Positions 57,731-64,000 of a stretch of 64,000 bases of DNA are shown one piece after another. Source of the DNA: Minisyncoccia bacterium (GTDB lineage: Bacteria; Patescibacteriota; Minisyncoccia; Phycocordibacterales; UBA9973); NCBI GenBank assembly GCA_049317285.1, contig JBMOIO010000002.1, positions 15,312 to 79,311 on the forward strand, in the 5' to 3' direction. Both the position numbers and the translations under genes were made by a program. The stretch's first letter is position 1. Each line of letters begins with the position of its first letter. The notes beneath the pieces are model-generated. The model was not told the origin of the DNA, ran no database searches, and saw only the letters and a program-made list of their open reading frames with translations.

Positions 57731-59689
57731 ATGGTTTCGAAGAAAACACGGCGGGTCTGTTACACTAAGGGAACTATGGATTTCACTGAAGGGCTCAATG
57801 ATTCGCAAAAGCGCGCAGTGCTTACAACAGAGGGGCCGCTTTTGATTGTTGCAGGAGCGGGGGCGGGGAAAACCAAAACAGTGGTTCACCGCATTTGCCA
57901 CATCATCACAACAGGGGTCGCACCTTCATCAGTGTTGGCGGTGACATTCACCAACAAGGCGGCAAAAGAAATGCGCGAGCGCGTCCACTCTCTTATCCAA
58001 GAAGTGCCGTTTATTGTCCGTGGAGAAGGGTTGCCGTTTGTGAGCACCTTTCACTCCCTTGGCGTATTTCTTCTGCGCAAATTCGGCGCGTATGACGGAC
58101 AAATCAAACGCTTCACCATTTTAGACGACGGCGACACCAACACACTTATTAAAGAGTGCCTTTCATACTTCGGACTTGACCCTAAAATGCACGACCCGCG
58201 CGGGATTAAAAACACTATCAGCCGAAGTGCGAATGCGCTCTTGGACCCCGATCAATTAATTAACAGCAGCAACCCGAATCACCGAATGGCAGGGCAGATA
58301 TGGAAACGCTACAAAGCGCAGAAGCGCGAACAAAAAGTATTGGACTTCGATGACCTCCTTTTGGAGAGCGTAAAACTTCTGGAAGAAAACAAGGAGGCGC
58401 GTTCCTGGTGCCATGAAACCTGGAGCCATATTCATGTCGACGAGTACCAAGACACCAACGAAGTGCAGTACCGGATTGCGACAGCACTTGCGGCAGATAA
58501 AAAAAATATCTGCGTTGTCGGCGACAGCGACCAGAGTATTTATTCATGGCGCGGAGCAAACATTAAAAATATTTTGGAATTTGAGCGCGACTATCCAGAA
58601 GCAACCACTGTACTTCTAGAAGAAAACTACCGCTCCACCAAAACAGTGATTGCAGTAGCAAACGAAATGATCAATAAAAATACCTACCGCACAGCAAAAA
58701 CGCTTTTCACTAACAATGCAGAAGGTGAGAAGATTTCTCTCTATGGTGCGTATGATGAAAACGACGAAGCGCAGTTTATTGTGGAGCGCGCAGTGGAAGA
58801 AATGGACAAGGGAGTTCCCGCGCAAGACATTGCCGTACTGTTTCGCACCAACTTCCAATCGCGTATTTTGGAAGAAGCATTTCTTTCTATGGGCATCCCG
58901 TATCAAGTGCTCGGTGTTCGCTTTTTTGAACGCAAAGAAGTGAAAGATGTGTTGTCGTATTTGCGCGCAGCACTCAACCCCGAGAGCCTCCTTGATATCA
59001 AGCGCACGATCAATACGCCTGCACGCGGTATCGGAAAAGTGACTGTTGCAAAAATCTTCTCGGGCGAGCGCGACACACTCTCGGGAAAAGTGCGCCTCTC
59101 TGTCGACAACTTTTTCAAACTGTTGGAATCTATTCGCAAATACATTGAGCTTCACAGTGTTTCAGAAACAATTCGCTACATTATTAATGAAAGCGGTATG
59201 GTCGCATCATATAAGGGCGAAGCTGATGGGGAAGAGCGCCTAGAAAACCTCGAAGAGCTGGTAACACTCGGCCTTCGTTATGATTCTTTCGGTGCAGAAG
59301 AGGGATTGGAAAAGCTCTTGGAGGACGCAACACTGATGAGCGACCAAGATAACCTCGAGGCGGCGAAAGGGGTGAAGCTCATGACCATTCACGCAGCGAA
59401 GGGACTGGAATTCAATGTGGTCTTTGTGACCGGACTTGAGTTCGGTTTGTTTCCCCATGAGCGCGACCAAAAACTCACTGGAAGCGACGCCGAAGAAGAG
59501 CGCCGGCTCATGTATGTAGCGCTCACCCGAGCGCGCGCAAAGCTCTACTTAACCTATGCAAGCATGCGCACTATCTATGGTATGCGCGATGTCAGGCTTC
59601 CGAGTGAATTCATCAGCGACATTCCGGACGAATTCATCGAACGCGAGAGCCGGAGCGGGGAAGCCGGGTTTACAACAGTGTATCTGTAG
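57731..59689 (+). CDS. UvrD/PcrA/Rep-family ATP-dependent DNA helicase
   Basis: Walker A AGAGAGKTKT; helicase motifs; possible alternative start MDFTEGLN at 57776. Confidence 0.9.
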   Translation: MVSKKTRRVCYTKGTMDFTEGLNDSQKRAVLTTEGPLLIVAGAGAGKTKTVVHRICHIITTGVAPSSVLAVTFTNKAAKEMRERVHSLIQEVPFIVRGEGLPFVSTFHSLGVFLLRKFGAYDGQIKRFTILDDGDTNTLIKECLSYFGLDPKMHDPRGIKNTISRSANALLDPDQLINSSNPNHRMAGQIWKRYKAQKREQKVLDFDDLLLESVKLLEENKEARSWCHETWSHIHVDEYQDTNEVQYRIATALAADKKNICVVGDSDQSIYSWRGANIKNILEFERDYPEATTVLLEENYRSTKTVIAVANEMINKNTYRTAKTLFTNNAEGEKISLYGAYDENDEAQFIVERAVEEMDKGVPAQDIAVLFRTNFQSRILEEAFLSMGIPYQVLGVRFFERKEVKDVLSYLRAALNPESLLDIKRTINTPARGIGKVTVAKIFSGERDTLSGKVRLSVDNFFKLLESIRKYIELHSVSETIRYIINESGMVASYKGEADGEERLENLEELVTLGLRYDSFGAEEGLEKLLEDATLMSDQDNLEAAKGVKLMTIHAAKGLEFNVVFVTGLEFGLFPHERDQKLTGSDAEEERRLMYVALTRARAKLYLTYASMRTIYGMRDVRLPSEFISDIPDEFIERESRSGEAGFTTVYL

Positions 59690-59786
59690 TAAAAAGTTTT
59701 CCACTCTCTACACTCCTTGCTTGACATTGACAAAATGGTGTAGTTTGGTATACTTAGTATAGAAACAAACATTAATAAAAAAATAT

Positions 59787-60260
59787 ATGGAAAAATTAGT
59801 TACTCGTATTTTTTCTGTGCAAGGCCCAGTAAAATACACTATTGCTATGCTTATTCTCTTGTTGGTTTCCAACATTTCTTATTCACAACCAATGCTTGCT
59901 AGCGCTGTTGAAGCAGTAACTGTTTCAACAAAAACAACCAAAGCGCCTGGTATTTATGGGGAAGAACTATATGTCACTGAAAGTGGTGTAGAAATTAAGA
60001 AAGGGCAGGAAGTGAAATTGATTAAGGCATCGTTAGGATGGGGCTTTAAATCAATTGCAAATTATGACATTATCTTTAAAAAACCGGCCGACAAGAGTCA
60101 TTTACTGGCTAAGTATGAAGACTACAAAGCTGTGATTGAAGATATTAAAGAATACAAATCTGCTCCTGGAATTGCCTATGCAAAAATACGAATAAATAGT
60201 TTACAGTATGTTATTCGAATTGAAATGGCTCTCCGTGAAAAAGAAGTTGAATTTCTTTAA
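59787..60260 (+). CDS. secreted hypothetical protein
   Basis: N-terminal hydrophobic signal-like segment; locally AT-rich. Confidence 0.35.
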   Translation: MEKLVTRIFSVQGPVKYTIAMLILLLVSNISYSQPMLASAVEAVTVSTKTTKAPGIYGEELYVTESGVEIKKGQEVKLIKASLGWGFKSIANYDIIFKKPADKSHLLAKYEDYKAVIEDIKEYKSAPGIAYAKIRINSLQYVIRIEMALREKEVEFL

Positions 60261-60338
60261 AATTCTCAAAAATCTACTAATTACCTCTTATTGCATTGCA
60301 ATAAGAGGTTTTTTATTTGCTTGCTGTATACTTTGCGC

Positions 60339-61202
60339 ATGAAAGCAAAGAAGTCCCTTGGTCAACATTTCCTCAAATCCGAAAAGGCGTTGTCCCAAAT
60401 AGTCGATGCAAGTGACCCAGCTGCGAATGACATTATTTTAGAAATCGGCCCCGGCCACGGCGTCCTTACAGAGCGCCTATTATCTTTTGCAGGAAAAGTC
60501 ATAGCGGTTGAAAAAGACAAAGACCTTATTCCAGTATTAGAAGAACGATTTGCCGATGCAATCGCAAAGGGGAAGCTTGAGATACTCCATAAGGATATTT
60601 TAGAATTTGATCCGGAGCTTTTTTCGTTTTATAAAGACCACCCATATAAGCTCGTTGCCAATATTCCATACTATATAACGGGCGCCATTATCGAGAAATT
60701 TTTAAGCACACCGTATCTGCCGGAGCGTATGGTTCTTTTGATGCAGAAAGAGGTTGCCGAGCGCATCATTGCCCGCCAGCCCTCCGGGAGCGGGCAAGCC
60801 CGCGATAAAAAAGAAAGTATTCTCTCTATTGCAGTGAAGGCCTATGGTATACCAAAGATAGTGGGGAAGGTCGCACCCGGATCTTTTGTGCCCCCACCTA
60901 CTGTGGACTCTGCTATTCTTTTAATAGAAAATATTTCTCGAGACTTTTTTATCGACCCGACAACAAAATCGGTGCTGTGCAACGAAGCGCTGTTTTTCAA
61001 AGTACTCAAAGGAGTATTTGGAAAAAAGAGAAAACAAATCGGCGGATCGCTTGCAGAACTCTTTAATGATAAAGAACTTGCACTGCGCGCCTTAGAGGAT
61101 TCATCTATCGACTCAAAGACTCGCCCAGAGGATATCGCGCTTGCAACATGGAAAATACTCACTCAAGCACTAGAGAAAAGAGGGTGTGGCGTTGTACAAT
61201 AG
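60339..61202 (+). CDS. rsmA: 16S rRNA (adenine1518/1519-N6)-dimethyltransferase
   Basis: start reset to MKAKKSLGQHFL; SAM motif LEIGPGHGVLT. Confidence 0.9.
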   Translation: MKAKKSLGQHFLKSEKALSQIVDASDPAANDIILEIGPGHGVLTERLLSFAGKVIAVEKDKDLIPVLEERFADAIAKGKLEILHKDILEFDPELFSFYKDHPYKLVANIPYYITGAIIEKFLSTPYLPERMVLLMQKEVAERIIARQPSGSGQARDKKESILSIAVKAYGIPKIVGKVAPGSFVPPPTVDSAILLIENISRDFFIDPTTKSVLCNEALFFKVLKGVFGKKRKQIGGSLAELFNDKELALRALEDSSIDSKTRPEDIALATWKILTQALEKRGCGVVQ

Positions 61203-61208
61203 TACATA

Positions 61209-62096
61209 GTGAATACACCCTCTCTTCCAAGCAAGCAATTTTTAATCCGGGGCGGCATTGCCACAGGTATTGTTGTAATTATTTTAGTAGTGCAGACTAA
61301 CTGGTTCCAAGGCCTATTCAATAGAAAGGGGACACTTAGTGTAACTGATATAACAATAGGAGACTTGGTTGCTCAAGACTCCAATCAAAACGGCATTCCC
61401 GACTGGGAAGAAAAGCTTTGGGGGCTTGACCCGACAGAGCTCTACACAGGCGACATGTCCAACAGGGAAATCATCGACAATAAAAAGAGAGCGCTCGGAC
61501 TCACCGTCCAAGAGGATGCCGAGCTCAACGAAACTGACCGCCTGGCACGAGAACTCTTTAGTATTACAGCGGCAATAGGGAATTCGGGGCAATCGAGTAC
61601 TGAAGCCTTAAGTACTACCGCAGCCCAGCTCGGCGCTTCTGTTGACCGAAAAGATATCATTGACCCGTATACCCTTCGAAGCATCAAAACAATCCCGACC
61701 TCTCGACAATCCCTTGTTACCTATAAAAATACTGCTGAGAAAATTTTGGATACGTACTCCGTGGAGCAGGCTGACTTTCGCGTAGTGGTCGAAGGCCTCG
61801 AAACAGGAGACTTTACCCGGCTTCCTGAACTTGAAGCAACAGCCGTCTCCTATAAACAGCTTGCAAAAGAGATGGCAGGGATTTCAGCGCCGATTGGCGT
61901 GGCTCAGCACCACCTCGATATAGTCAACAGCTTTGCGGGCATTGCAAACTCCTTTATATACCTTAAAGAGATGGATTCCAACAGTATTGAAGGATTCAAG
62001 GGAATTGCGCTCTATAAAAACAATGCACTTCGACTTGAAAGCGCGGCCGAAGATTTGAACCTTTATTTGACAGAATACGGTATACTACAGCCATAA
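61209..62096 (+). CDS. membrane-anchored hypothetical protein
   Basis: single N-terminal TM (GIATGIVVIILVVQ); 295 aa. Confidence 0.4.
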   Translation: MNTPSLPSKQFLIRGGIATGIVVIILVVQTNWFQGLFNRKGTLSVTDITIGDLVAQDSNQNGIPDWEEKLWGLDPTELYTGDMSNREIIDNKKRALGLTVQEDAELNETDRLARELFSITAAIGNSGQSSTEALSTTAAQLGASVDRKDIIDPYTLRSIKTIPTSRQSLVTYKNTAEKILDTYSVEQADFRVVVEGLETGDFTRLPELEATAVSYKQLAKEMAGISAPIGVAQHHLDIVNSFAGIANSFIYLKEMDSNSIEGFKGIALYKNNALRLESAAEDLNLYLTEYGILQP

Positions 62097-62100
62097 CTTT

Positions 62101-64000
62101 ATGCGAAAACATTTTCTCCTTTTTAGCATCATTCTTTCATTTGCACTTCCGCCAGTGCTTGCTCAAGCGCAAGCAAACTGTAGTATTATTTCGCCCGAGA
62201 ACTATCAGCAATGCTGTATCGATATCCAACCTATTGATACAACACAATGCGATGCATCGATTGGTCTTGATAACCCAGACAATAACCCTATTCTAGTTGT
62301 CCCAACCAAACCAACAGCGACACAGGCGCTCTATCGCTATAACCCTTCAATAAGTATTGGGATTGGGGACAGTTCATTTAATGGTGTGCGCTTTACTGGG
62401 GTGGGTGCAGCAGTATTAAGTTGTGCACTGGGAAGTAATGCTATTCGAGGTATTATTAATAACACCATTAATAACACAATAAGTAGTGTTGCTGATGCAA
62501 AAATCCCTGTTGTTTCTAGTATTGCAAGCTTTTTTAGAGGAGCAAAGGCTACTATTGAAGGAGAGCAAGCTGGGCAGCCTGTCAGTGATGCTACAGCTCG
62601 AGCGCGTTTAAAAACCCTTGAAACAAAAGAGCAGTGTTGGGACAAACTTGCCCGTGCCGCCGCACAGCAGGCAGTACAACAAATGACAGTAAAGACGATG
62701 AACTGGGTGAACACCGGCTTTGACGGCAATCCGCTCTATGTCCGCGACATCGACTCCTACCTCAAGTCTATTCGCAACCAGCAGCTTGTTACCTATTTTC
62801 AACAAGCACAGGGGAGCGATCCAATATTCGGAAATGCACTTCGATCAATCATCACCCAACAAGTCACTGGTAGGGGTGGCGTGAATGAGCGCGTTTGTGT
62901 CGAGTACTCAAACCAAGGACCGGTAGGGAGTGGGAACGGAGCAGGGTTAACAGGACAATCAACCTGTATACGCTATGGCACCACCGCCGGATTTGGCGGG
63001 AGCTCGATGAATACTCCGCAAGCCCGCGCATACAACGACTTTTTAGGAGACTTTACCCAAGGCGGATGGAGCGCGATGCTCAATACGAGCAATAATCCGC
63101 TTTCAGCACTCTTTAGTGCGACCGACAGACTCAGTACTACCATCAGAACACAGCAGGAAAACATCAAGAGTGAACTCCAGCGCAACAGTGGCTATTTGGA
63201 TATAAAGAGATGTGTAGAATGGCTAAACCAAGCACAAGTAACCAGTGGGAATGGTACAGGACTTTCAAAAGAACCAGTGTGTGGCCGATACGAAACCACA
63301 ACACCGGGTTCAACTATTGCGCAACAAGTGAGCACAGTGACTAGCTCTCCAATCCGACAAGCCGAACTTGCAGACGAATTAAACGAAGCAGTGGGAGCAT
63401 TCTTTGACTCACTTCTTAATAGACTCTTCTCGCGCGACAGTGGTCTTGCCGGCTTGAAAGGCGGAGCGATGAATGGCTTAGGGGGGACAAACCTGGGAAG
63501 CAATGTCGTACTCGACTACAACGGTGACCCTTTTTCGACAACAGGCACCAATGCCTTTGACCTTCCAGGATTCTTAACTGGAGTGGACACCAATTTTGAT
63601 ATTAGTCGCCCTCAACAACTGCGTGCAATTCTTCAAGCACAGCACACCTTCCTTAACCGAAGTAAAGATGTTGCTGTTGTTGCAGCACGGGGGCTTCCTG
63701 TCCTCGGGAGACTTGACTACTGTGTCCCTGGACCAAACCCTGCGTGGCGAAACGGGTTCGGTGAAAACCTAACACTCTTTACTGGTGCATTTAAATTTGT
63801 CGGTATCTCAAAGTACGATGTTGTTGCCCGCTCGTATGTTGCAACAGATCCTATTTCTGAAGAACAAAAAACAATTTATGGAACAGGGGTGTTCAGTCGA
63901 CAAATTGATACACGCGCAGCGCGCGATGAAAATGAAAACTACTCCGGCATTGGCTTTGATTTTCTTGGAGAGCCGACAGACAACGACATTGTTCAGTATT
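62101..64000 (+). CDS. large secreted hypothetical protein (3'-partial; runs off window end)
   Basis: not in the supplied ORF track; ATG at 62101 followed by >630 stop-free codons; signal peptide MRKHFLLFSIILSFALPPVLAQA; G/S/T/N/Q-rich. Confidence 0.6.
   Translation, partial: MRKHFLLFSIILSFALPPVLAQAQANCSIISPENYQQCCIDIQPIDTTQCDASIGLDNPDNNPILVVPTKPTATQALYRYNPSISIGIGDSSFNGVRFTGVGAAVLSCALGSNAIRGIINNTINNTISSVADAKIPVVSSIASFFRGAKATIEGEQAGQPVSDATARARLKTLETKEQCWDKLARAAAQQAVQQMTVKTMNWVNTGFDGNPLYVRDIDSYLKSIRNQQLVTYFQQAQGSDPIFGNALRSIITQQVTGRGGVNERVCVEYSNQGPVGSGNGAGLTGQSTCIRYGTTAGFGGSSMNTPQARAYNDFLGDFTQGGWSAMLNTSNNPLSALFSATDRLSTTIRTQQENIKSELQRNSGYLDIKRCVEWLNQAQVTSGNGTGLSKEPVCGRYETTTPGSTIAQQVSTVTSSPIRQAELADELNEAVGAFFDSLLNRLFSRDSGLAGLKGGAMNGLGGTNLGSNVVLDYNGDPFSTTGTNAFDLPGFLTGVDTNFDISRPQQLRAILQAQHTFLNRSKDVAVVAARGLPVLGRLDYCVPGPNPAWRNGFGENLTLFTGAFKFVGISKYDVVARSYVATDPISEEQKTIYGTGVFSRQIDTRAARDENENYSGIGFDFLGEPTDNDIVQY

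Noticed and set aside
1-64000. CRISPR arrays and rRNA genes
   Set aside because: No regularly spaced short direct repeats and no rRNA-like conserved stretches were seen anywhere in the window.

Overview
The window reads as a low-GC Patescibacteria/CPR-like chromosome segment. That assignment is an impression from gene content: a compact genome, many surface proteins, type IV pilus and competence genes, a short trigger factor, and tRNAs without encoded CCA. Housekeeping genes I recognise: rpsL-rpsG-fusA, rpmB, pgk-tpiA, nusA-ppa, tig-clpP-rny, hup, cca, xth, xerD-type recombinase, rpsO, rsmA, a UvrD/PcrA helicase, and four tRNAs. The clearest discrete system is a complete diversity-generating retroelement (DGR) at 32.5-35.1 kb: a reverse transcriptase with the IGxxxSQ and YADD motifs, a ~118-bp template repeat (TR), and a target gene whose 3' variable repeat (VR) differs from TR only at template adenines. 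A divergently oriented Avd-like four-helix-bundle ORF lacks a canonical start and sits behind a C13 homopolymer. A rho-independent terminator lies just downstream of the target gene (34299..34331), between target and TR. The second region of interest is a ~16-kb single-strand cluster (13.3-29.6 kb) joining type IV pilus genes (pilB, pilC, three prepilins, a PilX-like protein) to a run of unusual secreted proteins. These include three tandem paralogs, a protein with two near-identical eukaryote-style thrombospondin type-1 repeats, and two neighbours sharing a C-terminal KKPIF[IT]EF tail. Other oddities: ComEC split into two genes by a convergent superoxide dismutase; RNase HI with a C-terminal hybrid-binding-like domain; a soluble TraD/VirD4-like ATPase with a large unknown N-terminal domain; a tRNA-Gly 3'-end direct repeat 170 bp apart; and a 3'-partial >630-codon secreted-protein ORF at the window end that is missing from the ORF track. 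No CRISPR array or rRNA was found.
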